Source of the DNA: Podarcis gaigeae
Lineage: Eukaryota
Length of the DNA: 64,000 nucleotides
Reading direction: 5' to 3' (one strand)
NCBI GenBank assembly: GCA_964106915.2
Contig: OZ066915.1
Of the stretch, positions 21,998 to 62,490 are shown one piece after another. The notes below the pieces were generated by a model. It did not search any database and had not been told where the DNA came from. It was given only the letters and a program-made list of their open reading frames with translations. The stretch's first letter is position 1. Every line of letters begins with the position of its first letter. A program made the position numbers and the translations under genes.

Positions 21998-24900
21998 GTA
22001 GGCATAATGCTGGGTGAAGTTTCACATTTTCTTTATTGTTATTTTAAAAAGATTTCTTTCTTTTCCAAATATAGATCTAATTTCAGCATATAATTTAAAA
22101 CTGACCCCTAGTACATGTTACAGAAATAGGAACTCCTCCAGACAAGACTCCTCCCTTCTTTCCAGAGATTGACTTGGGACACGACAACAAACAGGACGGA
22201 ATTTCAGACGGAGCAGGATTCATGCACATATACCCCTTCCCTCCCCCACCCTGAATCCCTTGGGGAAAGTGGAAGGGTCCTACACGAAGGGGTGGGAAAA
22301 ACCCAAAGTAATAAAACTTCCTTCTCCAGAATTCCTTCCTATGATACATCCAGCTGAGTTCCCTTACAAAAGTTTGGAGGAGACACAGACACCTGACCTG
22401 CCTTGAGCTAGGCAGCACAGCCTGCCTGTAGTTTGGAAACAGGAAGGGTAGACAGTTGTCACCCACTAGGGTGCCCTCATGGAAAAGAACAGGAAAGAGG
22501 AGAAGCTTGCTCAAAGCTGGTCCTGAAATGATGCACAATTGCTTTCCATCAACACCATGGCCCCTTGGGCATTTATTTGTTCAGCTTCTATGTCCCCACC
22601 ACCCCACTCAGACCCAATTATCATCTATCAGGCCAGGCACCCCAAACAACCAAGACAGCATCTGGGTGCAGCAAGTGGATGATACAGCTCTCTAGCCTGC
22701 AGCCTACGTTACAGAAAATAAATAAATATTAAAAGGGTTGTTAACCTGCTCTAAGCCTAAGGGGTAAAAGAGGAACAGGAAGGTAATATTTTAGGTTGCA
22801 CCTGACAAGCCACATGTTCGCTGTGCTCATTTTACCTTCTCTCCTGCCTTGGAGCCTGGGTTGTGAGCCACAGGGACCTTTCTCTCACACATCCCTTCTT
22901 CTTGGGGCCCAACTACACATTACTTTAGCTACACAGCTGCGTGTTTAAATGCAGATGCATCTGTGTGTTTCTTAAAGCAAATTGCCAGCTTTGGGGACAG
23001 GTTCCTGGTCAGGATCCTAGTAATGTGGGTAAGGAAGCCTTCTCACCCACTTACCCCCTCTCCTTGTGGTCCTGATCCATGTCAAACCTCCTGTGTTTCA
23101 ATTCGCATTGAGGGGTGGGGAAAGCTCCCATTGGCTTCAGCAGCTTTTAAAATCTGCAAATTACACGGGCAACCCAGATTAGACTCACGGGGGCAGGGGG
23201 TGGAGAGATGGTTAAAGCCTCCTCCCCTCCCTCCATGCTGGGTATTTGTTAAAAAACAAACCAACACCCTTGCATTGAAAGGCATGGCCATGTAGCAGTT
23301 TAGCCTTAAGAGGCCAGAGGCTGTGACCCAAAGGAAGTACAACTTTGCGGTGACTGCCGGCACAAAGAGCCTGCACAAGCCCGTGAGATCTCTTGTGATC
23401 ACTCTCACTCACTGCAAGCACCTCCGGTGGTTGTATGTTGTGGTCTGTGAGCCATGCGGTTTCTGCAGCGAATGTTTTGGGTTTAGTTGGGCTCGGTCGC
23501 CCATGGTAGCGGTTCGATAAGCACCAGTGCAATGCAGCTGAGTTTTGGATCAAGTCCTTGGTTGATATTAACTTCCTGAAATAAGCCGAAAGGTCTCAAA
23601 TGACCTCCCACGTGCTAGGGCCAGTGAGATCATTTTTAATAACCCAAGCCAAACTTTTATCGGCAAATGTGTTCTCCTCTCTCCATTTCTCTTCCAGCTG
23701 AACACCAGGCTGCAGAAACAGCTCAATTACCCTGAATTTCACAGATGGCAGTAAGTTTTCCCCATAGCTCAGGCAGGTCTTCTTGTATCCAGTCCCTCAT
23801 TGATGAGGACATAAAATATATACACTATACAGAGTTACTGAGCGCAACAACAAATACATTAAAAAAGATCTACTCTTATATACAGTATTTATAAAAAGCA
23901 AATTGACCAGCCACCATCCCAGTACAAAAATACGTGTCTCTTATTTATGTCCATTATATTTATTAAACCCTAGAAATAATTACTTGTGGACTTTAAAATT
24001 ATTTTTGTAACACCAGTGCTGCAAAAATATTCATCTTGGTTTTGCTTCCTAGCCCTGTACTCCCCACTCCCCACCCCATCTGAGTGCTGAACTTCATAAG
24101 GTGCATTTTATTAGTGAAGGAAAAGAAGAATCTTTCCTTATGACTTTTGGCAAGAGGGGATATCGAGCAAAGAAGACAGCAGATATAACAGTGGGGAAGG
24201 ATTGTAAGATTATTGGAGGCTAGCTCATCTTATGCAAATGAATAGAGGGAATGATTATTTTCACTCTTTTTCAGCCCAGATTCCCAAAACCATTTACTTT
24301 AAAGTAAGTCTCATTCATTTAAAGGAAATTTACTTCAATAACAATGGTTTAGGATGGCAGATTACATCAATTGGCTCCCCTACTCCCCCCCAAATAACAC
24401 TGCACCAATGCAGAATGTTATGTTGTGTCTGCTATTTTCTAAATGGGGAAGTGGTTCTAGGCAACTGCCCTTAAGTTCAATGGAACTTGCCTAGGGATGG
24501 GTTCAATGGAGATTGGACAGCATCCAATGGGTATCAGGGTTGTGCAAAAGCAGTTCATTTCTACCACTAGTACCAGCAGTCACTCATTGGCAGAGGTGTG
24601 ACTTCCTTAGCTACATTCCTCTGACTATTTAAATGTGTTCCCTCCTGCACAATTCATGTAAAATAATGTGTGCTATGGGGGGGGGGGGGAATCAAGAGTA
24701 AAACTACAGCAGCCTTTTAAGGTGCAAATTACTGGAAGCAGCAACAATTGCAAACAACGGCAGGGGGCAGAGTAGCTTCATGGTGTTGTGCCTGCTATTG
24801 CCCAGCACCCTGAACAGAACGTCAGATGGTGGCAGTAGCTTACAGACTGCTTCAACATGTATCTCATAAACTGGCCAAACGCTACATTTAAAAAATATTG

Positions 24901-27900
24901 TTATAAACAGCTGTACCACCCTGCAATCCAGTTGTACAAACAGCAGGTATGCTGCATTCACAAAATGGCTGTTTTGCACAGCAAATTTCACTGTGCGTGG
25001 AAAATGAGAGGCCCTGATGCTTCCCCTTTCCTGCACAGAACCTACACGGGATGCTGCTGTGCATGGTCAGGAGTGCCATGTGAATCGGCAGAGCAAAGCC
25101 GCCCATCTGTGAATGCAGAAGTGAGTAGCATAGGGATGGTAAGAGCAGGGATCCAGTGTTTTTCATCTCAGGAACTCCAGGGTTGTAGGCATCTCCTTTC
25201 CTGCCTGAGATTTTATTTCCAGGAATATATGCTGGTTCATCATATCAGCTCACCTGATGACTCTGCTTCTTATCAGACGTACGACGGATAGGAGGGAGAG
25301 TCACCTGGCCAGGATGCTGAATAGCTGGAAGGCCAGGCTCCACCTGTACCTATTTAATAGTTATAGCACTTGTGTAATCAAAGTGGTTAGTGAGTATTGA
25401 ATTCATACCTATTAAGAGAGCACATGCATTCTGAAAATGTACTCATGATGGCTCCTAGAATGCCTTTTCTTGCTCCAATATGGATCAAATGCGAGCCATT
25501 TTGTTGGTACACAATAGCTTCTGAAATACTGAAGGTACCAGCATTTGGTGCTGGCCGCGTAACATAATGAAAAGTTTACAGGGCTATTACCTCCAAGTCC
25601 AGAAATACGCTTTTGTTATTCATAAGGGAAAGTGCACTTTGAAGTATCCAAATGTTTTTGTTTTGATGTGCCAGTCACAGGGTCCTATGGAAGATGCTTG
25701 TTCATTTCACTTACTCAGCACCTGCCCCCTTTTACGAAGAAAAAGCTGTTTCGCTTTCCTGCACAACTCAGTGGATCTACTTTCGTCAGATGAATGCTGA
25801 AAGGTCTGGGAAAGGTTCCTCAATATTATGGGAGAAAAGCGGGAAATTTTTTTACAAGCGTCATCAGCTTCCCACTGCATAATAACAATTGGAAAAGGTC
25901 AATTGGAAATAAATTATGATATAAATGGAAAGAAAATATATTATTCAGTGCTGGTGGGGACACCAAAGTTCCTCAGAAGCTTATTGGGCTTCCTCTGTGA
26001 AAACTACTGCCCTAGTAAGGTTCTTGCTATTAAACAACTAGCCCCATAATCCTGTGCTTCTCAAGAAAGAACCAATTACATATTTCAGATTTCATTCCCT
26101 AGTGGGAGGGCTGCACACCAGATATTAATTAAATGGGAAGAAATGCTCCACTGAATTCTCCTACCCTTGGAAGACTTCAAGCTATAGGAGCATGACAGCA
26201 GTTCAGAGATGCTGAATTTTACCATACAGTCTCCCATGGTTTTCTCATTCTGGAATGAGCTCAGCTCCATGAAGTCCTACATGCTACCCTTTGACTTGTG
26301 TCACTCATTCTACACCCAACCTCCTCTTCAGGTCTCCATTAACTCCTTGCCCCAAATTACACATGAATCTTATATTTCAGGGGTGGGGAACCAATGTTCC
26401 TTGTTGGACTCCAGCTCCCATCAGCCCTGGCAGTCAGAATGGCCAACAGTCAGGGATTATGGGAGTTGTACTTCAGCCACTTCTGAAGGGCCCAGTATTC
26501 ATCACCCCGGTCCAAGTACTCCTTTATTTCCTAAGCTATTGACAGCAGTCAATCCTTCACAGCAAAGAAGTCCACTGTTCCCTGTGTTCCAGGGGGAGAC
26601 ATGGTTTTCAATTTTTCAACCTGCCACCGTAGTTTACAGCACATTTCTAATCATGTCCTATTGAATTCAATGGGGCTTACTCCCAGGTAAGTGAGGGTTA
26701 AGATTACAGCCCAAGCCTTCAACAGGGGCTTGATATTAAACAATGACCTACTCATACCTCCAGGCTTTGAAAAGCTTTCTGCTAATTTTCACACTCTGAG
26801 CTGCTGCCAAAGCCATATAAATGCAGAGGTGGGTTGAAAAGTCTCTCACCCTACATGAAATGCAGACCTACAAGTGTTACTCACTAGAAGACTGGACCAG
26901 GGGGTCAGATACAGGGATATGCTTTTCCTTAGATGCAATACTCCCAGTTCCGGAGGTTCGCTTTCCAACTTAGACCTGGAGTTGTTATTTCCAACCTGCT
27001 CATGTCTCACACGTGACCATCAGCAAAGTCAATAGGACACCCATTGGTGGTAAAGAGCACTGCAGCTGGTGCAGCTTGAAGATCACTGCTTTGACTCCAT
27101 CAACCCTACATTTCCCCTTACACATGGGTGGCAGCTGAAGGCCCCTGTCTGTGGCTGAATGACTGAGCCTGTGCTTGGCATACAGAAAGAACCAAGTGCA
27201 ACCCCCCTGGCCAAGTGCAACCCTTCACATCGATAATTAAAAGAACCAGGTGACAGGAAAGATTTCTGCTGAAGACCCTGGAGGGCAGTCAAGAGTAAAA
27301 GAGGGACAGGGAACATGTGACTTTCCTGATGATGTTGGGCTACAGCTCCCACCAAACTTGACCATTGGCCATGCTGGCTGGGGCTGATGGAGTCCAACAA
27401 CCCCAGGAGAGCCACTGGCTCGCATCTGGGGAGTAGGCTTCGCTAGGCTAGAAGGACCTGGTGTAAGGCAGCTCCCTATGGGACAAATGACTACCCCGTT
27501 GGCAACTACTGGACTCTTGAGTTTCCCTTCTCAAGTGGCCTTCTCAGGTGGCCTTCTGCTGCTTTTGATATGTTCTCAGCGGCTTTTTTCCTTCTTTTTC
27601 TTCTGAGCTTGCGAGGCCCAGGCTGACTACAGTAAGATGAGGTATGAAAGATTTCAGAGCATTTCAAACAAGTGCATATTTGGGAGGCCACCTCTGATTT
27701 AGGAAGAAGCCATGATGAATATTTTCTCCTAGATATATATAAAATATGACAACGACAAGATCAGAGAGTAAAGATGAGGAAGATCCATTTGTTCCTCCTG
27801 ATCTGCTATTACACAAGGCCTCATATCCTAGTTCGGGGGGGGGGGACACTGAATGCCTATCTGATCGTACATAAATTACACTGAAGGAAAAGCAGGGACT

Positions 27901-28283
27901 CAATGGAGGGCAAATCCTTGCCAATTCGGGAAAGCAGCTATATAAATACAATTCCATTGGAATCTCATGTCTGCTACAAATTGGAGGAAAAGCAACATCA
28001 GTATGTACAAAACAAAATGAATGCAAATTCTCCTAGCCTACCGAAATTAGCAGCAATCAAGTCCTAGTGACCAGTTAGGCTGGCGGACCAGCTTGGTGGC
28101 AGGGCTACACTTCCCAACATGTTCAAGCAACTGCTGGCAGATAGGAAGAGAGGCCACTGTGATGTGTTAGTGGGGAGGGACCAGTCTCTAGGATGGACAG
28201 ATCCATTTCCATTGCCTCAGGCGGTGGACCCTTTCAGGACACAGGAACCTCAGAGAGGCCTCAATGCCGTACTGTCTTAAAAG

Positions 28284-28513
28284 ACATTGGGTGGGATTCA
28301 CTTAGGGAGCCCCATCTGCAGAAGTCCTGTGCAAGGACTTCTACTTGCGCAACTGGGATTCGCCCCCCTGAAACTGACTGGAGGGGAGGTTCGGGAGAAA
28401 CCCCAAAACGGCACGTGTGGGGAGGAGAGAGGGGATCATTTCACCCCGCAAGCCAAAAGTATTTGAGCAGGCGGAACGTTCATCATCGCACAACATTGAA
28501 TTCCACCCAATGT
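28284..28513. mobile_element. MITE with terminal inverted repeats, downstream of the SLC38A3 stop
   Basis: ACATTGGGTGGGATTCA (28284-28300) and TGAATTCCACCCAATGT (28497-28513); a similar left end at ~46409. Confidence 0.65.
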
Positions 28514-29694
28514 GATGACTTCTTGCCGTTACCTAATGGAATGAGGAGACAGAAACGGGTTTGATATCGCTGACACAGGCTTGCTTCCCATCCCACCTTG
28601 TATGAAGGAGGAAGAGCTCTGTTGCTCACAGCTAACCGTTTGCCCAAAATGCCAACCAGCTCTGCTTCACCTCCCTAAGTGAAGCTCAGGCATGCGTTAA
28701 GGAAAGCCAGCGTAAACCTGCACCCCAACCGACAGTTCAGAAAGGCCGATATCTCCAAATCGCTTCCCATCCGCCAGCCAGTCAGTTCCAAGACCTGTGG
28801 CCACCAGAGCGATGGCAATGAGGTCATACTTGTTTGCATGTGTTTTGTGTGGAACAGGTAGCTGCGCAAAGATGGGAGAGAGCAAGGCCTCCGTGGCCTC
28901 TGCCCTGAGCATCCCCTTGCCCTGAGAGAGGAGCGTTGATCATGAGGCTCATCGTAAGTCTCACACCCTAGCAGAGGGAACAGGACCAAGTCTGAGGGAA
29001 GAACTCCCACTTCCCCCACCAAGGAACAACAAGGGCTCAGGAAGCAACTTCTGAGAGGGACAAAAGCCCTGTGGCTGGTGGGGGCTGAGGCTATTAAGAC
29101 TTTAAAAACCAAACAGAAACATTCTGCCCCTCTCTCCCTGTCTGAAAGCATTTACTTCCAATTTGTGGCCCCAGTACCGTAATTCTGTAGGAAGGCCTGG
29201 CTCCAGTTCCCTTGTCAGTGGTGAACCTCAGGCCAAAGCTCTACTCTCAGGCTCTTTAGCCACAGTCCCCTCCCCCAATTTCCTCCTGTTCCTGCCCTTG
29301 ACTCTCCAGTTGCCTCAGGCTGGGCTAGACATACTGGACATATAAGGACAGATATCCCACAGCAACCCTCCCACCCCTCTGGATTGGCCTATTTCCCTCA
29401 TTTGCCTGTTCCTCAGGTGCCGTTGGTCTGGCCCATCCCAGACAGTGAGATTAAAACAAATGCTCAAAAAGTTTAGGAACTGGTTTCCGGCTTGGTCTAG
29501 CCAGCAGCAGCCCCCCTGGCTCAATGGGGTCACGTGTAGGAACTGAGTAACGGAACAGCGCCCCCTTGGCTCAGAGCGGAGCTGTGGACTAAATTACGGC
29601 ACAGTACTAGCAGAGGTAGGGGAGCAGGAAATGTATCAAAGCTGGCCGAGTTTCCCAAGGCGTTGATCCACAGTTGTGAGGGTCCGGGCCTTGT

Positions 29695-56157
<26,463 letters not shown>

Positions 56158-58162
56158 CTTCGCCCTCTGAAGTGAGCCCCTTCTCTTCTTCCCTGGCAGT
56201 GAGCTTTCAGACAAGTAGTGGGCTATACAGCGTGGACACGAAATCTGCACAGGGCGGCAGTCTCCTTAGCAGTGCTGTGTCTGCAAAGAAACACCCATCA
56301 AATCAGATATTTGACCCGATGAAAAAATGCTGTTAAAGATTTGGCATAGAGGAATTGAACATGTCTAGCACAGGAAAGAAAATCAGGCATTGCTGTATAC
56401 ATTGAAGGATGGCAGGCATGTGTGTAAGATTGCAAAAGTCTCAGTCACAAGATTATTAATGAGAATTACGGAACTCCCTAAAAACCAGCCATTGTCCAAA
56501 TTTTGTCCACTTAAATTTCTTTTCTAACCAGCAAATGAATGCATTCCGTACTGTTGATGCTGGTTTGGGTGTAGCAAGCGGATGGTGAGAGAGATAACAT
56601 GTGAGTGGGGAAATCTTCCTTTATGCTTCCGTAGGCCACCTTGTAGGATAGCCCAGCTTTGGAGCATCAGAACCCTGGCTAGCTTCTCACTCTTCCACCT
56701 GCTGGTATATCTCAGTGAGATTCCACTACTTCTATCTTTGCACACAGTGTACCAACAAATTCAAGATACACCCGATAATAATCTTCAGCTTTGGGAGATG
56801 CTAATCGCAACCATGACATCATTCATTTGGGCTCTTTCCACCAATCACAGAGCTAAGAGAAAGGCTTCAAAAACCTGAGCTTCAAACAGCCCAAGTATGT
56901 GTGTGACATTGCTCTCACAATTCCCCACTGCAATACAATCTGCACTGCATGTACCCTGACACGGTAAGAGTGTCAGGACCTCCTGCCCACAAGAAACGTC
57001 ATTCCTTCCCTGGGGCTGCCTTTCACTGCATTTTCTTTGTAGGCCATCTGCTTCCACCGGCCCAAACACCCTTGTTCAGGGAAGGCGTCAGAGGCCGGCA
57101 TGATAAGGCACTTGCCAAGGCCCATATTCCACCAGGGGGCCTGCTGCTGATCTCCAGAGATCCCTGGTCCTGCTCCTCGTTCTTGTTCTTCCAAGTAAGT
57201 GAAGGCTGTGACTAAAGCAAGGAGAAGCAACACCACTCTCCATCTGCCTGATGAAGATCAGGCCCAGAGGGAGAGAGCAAGCAGATGGGCAATAGAAAGA
57301 CGGGGGTCCCAGTGATGCCATATTGCTGAAGGACCCCACGGAGCTTGTAGTGTGTACTGTCTTGCGTTCATCCCCTCCCTTTAGGCATTGCTCCTACCCA
57401 CATCCTCTTTCTTCCTTGCACCCTCCTAGCTGCAAGCATCTGCAGTGTTATAATAAATAATAATATTGGTTTGTTTTTATTTTTATTTTATTACATACTC
57501 TGTATTCTCATTTTGTATTTTTATGTAGTGAACCTGGGATCTTCGGATGAAGGGCGGCATACAAATTTTAATAAATAATAATAATGGTGATGATGTTTGC
57601 AGTCCTTGCAATCTTTCCAGAGCTTGGTTTGTTCCCGACCTTACTTTCCCTTGCCGCTTTGACTCCTGCTCCTCCCCTCACTGTGCTTGTCCTTACATGA
57701 GACTTACCCCCGCCTGTCTAAATGGCCCCTTCGCAAGCTTCCCATAGAGTTAAGTGCAGCTCTAAATGTCACGCTTAGAAAATCTCCTGGCAACTTCATC
57801 TCTGATCGCAGCCATACATCTGACCGGGCTCAGGAGCAGAAAAAATACTTGGCTCACTCCCCTTAGTGTTTAATTTTTAAAATTAGTGTTGCAAAAGTCG
57901 TGCTCCCTGACCTGGCCAGCCCACTGTAGCCCCACATACTTGAGGACTGTGTAGTTAAACCAGTGATCAAGGAAAAGCAGACTGTACACGCCTGCAACGT
58001 TCTCTTAAGATTGATCAAAGGCCTAGTCCTTGGTGATTCTTCATTGAAAATTAATTGCCAGTCTCTTCCTGAAGCACCCCAGGGTCTTCCATTTTTCTTC
58101 CCTCTGTTGCCAAATGATTCCTGTGAAATGCTAGCCTAATTCTTTTCTTTTCAAGACATTGT

Positions 58163-58199
58163 AAGAGTCGGACACGGCTAAACGACTAAACAACAACAA
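58163..58199 (+). mobile_element. Very short BovB/Sauria-type 3' terminus
   Basis: AAGAGTCGGACACGGCTAAACGACTAAACAACAACAA, the same terminus as the 16220 element. Confidence 0.75.
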
Positions 58200-59219
58200 T
58201 GTGTTGTGTTTTGCATTCATTTCCCACTCTTATTCCAAGGACCTCAGGTTCTTTCTCACCTCTGCCCTTTTGTCACAACAACCCTGCAGGGTACATTTAG
58301 GAGGGGAAACAGTGAATGGCCCAAAGTCACTCAGTGAGCTTCATGGCTAAGCAGGGATTTGAAACCAGCTCTTCTTATGCTTATCTGACATAGTTACCTG
58401 CAAAGGTTTTTGAAAGAATTGTGCTAACAAAGCTTTTTTGTTTGTTTGGCAAAACTGATTTCTGCTTTATTGGGCAGTTAAGAGTGCAGAGAAACCAGTG
58501 GCTTAACTCTGGGAGTCTTTGTCTGATCTCCTGGTGACAAAGATAAAATTTTAAAAATCAGTACCATTTGAGAAAACTCTGCAAGAGGCACAGTAAGAGC
58601 TCTGCAAAAAAGAAAAAAGAAAAAAGAAAACAAAACAAAATAAACAACTCTCTCAAGCTGTTAAATAGTTCTATTTCTTGCTCCACAGTCTCTCTCTGTC
58701 TCATACACATACTTGTTTAAGGGTGTCAGTACCAGAAAAAAGCAGAAACAAAGCATGAATGGGCAAGGGAGATAAGTGCTCTTGGATCACCTTCTGATGA
58801 TCAAAAACATCCCAAACCCTGGTCTTGTTTGCCAATGGAACAGAAAGCAAAATAAATAATTAAATCTGAGCTTATTTTGTTATTCAACACCGCCGGTTAC
58901 TCATTTCAGATGTCCTAATTGCAACCTCCTTGTAACATATCAAATAGATGCTAACAATAGTTTAAGCAGCAAAACACCAACCCCATCCTTTCCAACAAAC
59001 CAAGTTTGTGATTCAATCCATTGTACTTAAGAATCCAGTAGGGTGACAAGCTTGAGTTCCCACGCACATCCCTTCCCTTGACTTTTTCCAGGGCACAAAA
59101 TCAACTGATAGAGAGATGAGAGAACCAGTGGTTGAAAGTGAAAGAGAGCAAATGTAGCAAAACATGACGGAACACCAGAATAGAGTATCAGTATAATGTT
59201 ATATACTGCCAAAGATCTA

Positions 59220-59312
59220 GCCTGCAATCCGAAACACACACTTACCCGGGAGCAAGTCCCACTGAACTCAGCAGGGCTTAATTCTGAGTAGACATGTCTA
59301 GGATTGCACTGC
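59220..59312. mobile_element. Short palindromic MITE family; related copies at ~14565-14650, ~26635-26712, ~37955-38025
   Basis: Shared core GTAAGT/CCCAYTGAACTCARYGGGGCTTAC with CAATCC/GGATTG ends. Confidence 0.55.
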
Positions 59313-62289
59313 TAATCTACTTTCGTCACTGTAGAGAAATGTTTGGCTGCCACAGGTAACAAATAAGCCAACCTCAACTGTGATTGTTTGTGACTGACAT
59401 AGACTCCTAAAATGTCAACATACCCACCCCAACGAGGCAAACGAAAACAACTTTTGTGCTTTTTGTTCCCCCTAGTTTTAGCAGAAGGGAGAACTGAAAT
59501 AAGCCCTTTCACATTGCTTTTCAAGAAAGAGCCCTTCATTCTCTGTAGGGCACCCCATTTTCTGCTCCCAGTTCCTATGCAACAATACTGCCAGGGTTAG
59601 AAAAACCCCAAGGCACACCTGCAGTCCCTTTTTACATGACTCCATTACTCAAAGCATTGAGAGTGAGGGTCAGGTGAGGAAGGGGGGGATTCACACGTCT
59701 TTGTGCTGCGGTGTGAGAAGGACAGGAAGCTTCTGCCATGCTCGATCTTGTTGCAACAGTGGTGTCGCATCACCACAAACATATATACATCATACACTCC
59801 ATAGACTGATAGGTGGTTTTTGCGGGCACTGGTTTCAACAACCCTTAGGTATGCCTCTGCTGGCTGGATATACCGACAGACTTTCCTTTTCCAGGTAGTT
59901 GGACAAACTCCTAACTCCCAGCTCCGACATGGGTGACAGTGGATTTTGAGCGCAGGCAAGTCTCATGACCCCCACAAGGGACCCCAGCAGACCTTTCATT
60001 CCTCACACATCCCTATTTACACATCAACTCTGTGCGGCATTTTCAGGAACTCACACGTTTTCTGGGCTTCTTTCAGCTGCCGCACACTTTCCAAGCAATC
60101 ATTCTGATACAGATATGAACCTCAGGCATTTGGTGTGCCTTTGGTGAGTTTGAGTGACAGGAAATTGGGACCGGAATTGCCGGGAGGGGTGGGTTGAAAG
60201 AACATGACACTACAGTCACAGAAGTTGTCAGATGTTGTGATCGTGCAGCTGCATCTAGGGAGGAGCATAGTAGGATTGCTTAACCTCACTGCATGCTCGG
60301 TACAGACAATAAGCCTAGGCGGATCCTGTGTCCAATGGGCATTTAACAGAAACTCGATGCCATCCTCTTGCAATCTGTGTCAATGCTTAATTCACGCTCA
60401 CTGATAAGAGTTGTGCCTCATGAGGGGCCTGTGCAGATTTCATGTTTGGTGCTGCTATTTTAGTTTCCCCATCAATGCCCATTAGCACTTTCTCCTTATT
60501 CGCTGTAACCAAGTTACCTCTTAACCTTCTTTTAGATGCTAAACAGACTTGAGCTCCTGAAATCCCTCCTTGTGAGCAGAGCAAGCCTCAGCCCTTGGGA
60601 GTTCACAGTCACAACTGAACCAAAACTGACAAAAGCACTTGACCTGATGCCCTGGCAGCATCTCCAACTCCTGTGCCTGAAGCACAAAGGAAGGAGAGAG
60701 GGATTCAACATCTAGGAAAGGTGATGGCGGAGGAGACAGGAGGACAAGAAACGTGTTGGCAGAAGCCTGTGGGCTCAACTTATTGCAAAAGGATGCAGAA
60801 TACTGGCAGCAGCAATTGAAGAAGGAAATGGCAGTGATTAGGAAGGAAATCCTATCTCTACAGGCAATCCAAACCCAGGACACACACACACTTGCCCCAA
60901 TAATTAGAGGCCCTCCTTAATGATGGAGAAATGGCATGATTAGCTTCTTCGTACAAAATTTGAGAAAACCGTAACAGAGGGTCCAATGCATTCTCGTGAA
61001 GTTTTTTCCCTAGCACTGCAGGTTCAAACAAGTTGCTGCATTTAGTTTTGCCTTCCTGGAATAACCCAGTACTCATATAAAGGAGGACTGCTGATGCCAG
61101 TCCCTAACCCTATCCTTTAAAAGCTGAATGAGAAGTTCACCCAGCGTGAGTTCTCCCTCAGCATGAAGACACAGTTGCTGGTTCAGTTGCTCTGAGATTA
61201 TTTAGCCTGGCTTAGGAAGACAAGAAGAGGCTGTTTTATGCCAAGTCAGGCAAATTGGTCCCTCTAGCTCAGTATTGCCTACAATTGACTGGCAGTGGCT
61301 CTCCAGGGTTTCTCCCAGCCCTACTTAAAGATGCCAGGGATTGAAACTGGGACCTTCTACAAGCAAAGCAGATGCTCTACCACTGAAGTGATGGGTCTTT
61401 GCCATAAGCGGTTACATCTCTTTGAGTCACATCTTATGTCTCACAGCACAGAATGCAACAAAACATAATCCACAAGTGACAAGGCAGATGTGGGTCCTAC
61501 CCCCTCATGTCTTCTATACTGGTGCAAGACTTTAGGGAAGAGTCTTCTGTTTACATATATACACATCACCCTCAAGCACACAAGCAGAGAGCTCTTCGGA
61601 ATTCTGAGACGCAGAGAATTACAGGACTGGAGAGAGGTCTCAAAACAAGGTAATAAAAAAATCTTTTGCTATCAGAACTTAACCGCCACCCCCCAAAAGA
61701 TTATACAGGTTATACAGCTTGTCCTTAAAACCTCTTAGTAGAATAAATTCTCCAACATCTGTAGGCCAGATGTACTTCAACTCCTCAGTCCAGTTGCAAG
61801 AGATTGGGATCCAAGTGCTTGTGTGCGAAGAGAACATTTTCGCACTCTTTAGGAATGGTATATCACTGCAAATTGCTAACAAAAACAGTGACAACAATTG
61901 CATTGCCCTAAGAACAGATCCTCCAGTACTATATGGAGCTTGATATATGGTTCTTACGACTCACAGAGGACATTTAGGCAGAGAAAAGGGAGGGAGTGAA
62001 ATGAGGGTTTAAGTGGGAAAATAATGCACCCCGCTTCATCAGAAGATGCAAATATCAGCAAATACTTCCCCTGGTTGTTCTTTGGCCACACATTCCTGGG
62101 GGAACAAAGGTTCTGCCCACCTGGGCCTGGCAGCAACTGCCTTCCGTGCTAGTCAGGACACTGAAGTCTGAGGGGAGCCGGAGAGACTATAAGAGGCCTG
62201 CCAGGCTGTGAAAGCAGCGAGCGCCGGATATGTTGGCAGTTAGCACAAAGTGCCTTCTGTTTGGGCTCATAGCCCTTGCCGGTCGATAG

Positions 62290-62490
62290 CTGGGAAGCGG
62301 CTCCAAGAGACAGAGCATCTTTATAGGCAGTTCATGCCCAAAGTAATGAGGAGGGCTGCACCCCCCACAGCCCCCTCCAGCCTCTTTTCCTTACCAACTC
62401 CCCCCACCCCTGACTTTTTTTCTTCCGCTCCGCCACCCACAGCTCTTGGAAGTTTGCTGTGATGCCTTAAAAACAATCTTGCTATTGGAA
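62290..62490 (-). promoter_or_regulatory. Candidate SLC38A3 promoter (TATA, GC/GT boxes, CCAAT)
   Basis: Minus-strand TATAAA at 62325-62320, G-rich boxes (GGTGGCGGAG ~62428-62437), CCAAT at 62488-62484, CpG-containing sequence downstream. Possible first-exon donors CAG|GTGGGC (62121) or CT|GTGAGT (61965). Motif-only evidence. Confidence 0.4.

Noticed and set aside
25740-25800. Second hammerhead-like pattern CTGACGA...GAAAC on the minus strand
   Set aside because: No convincing stem II, stem III or stem I pairing.
1-29000. Exons of a neighbouring gene such as GNAI2
   Set aside because: No G-alpha or other recognisable host-protein motifs found; short ORFs here are repeat-derived or random.
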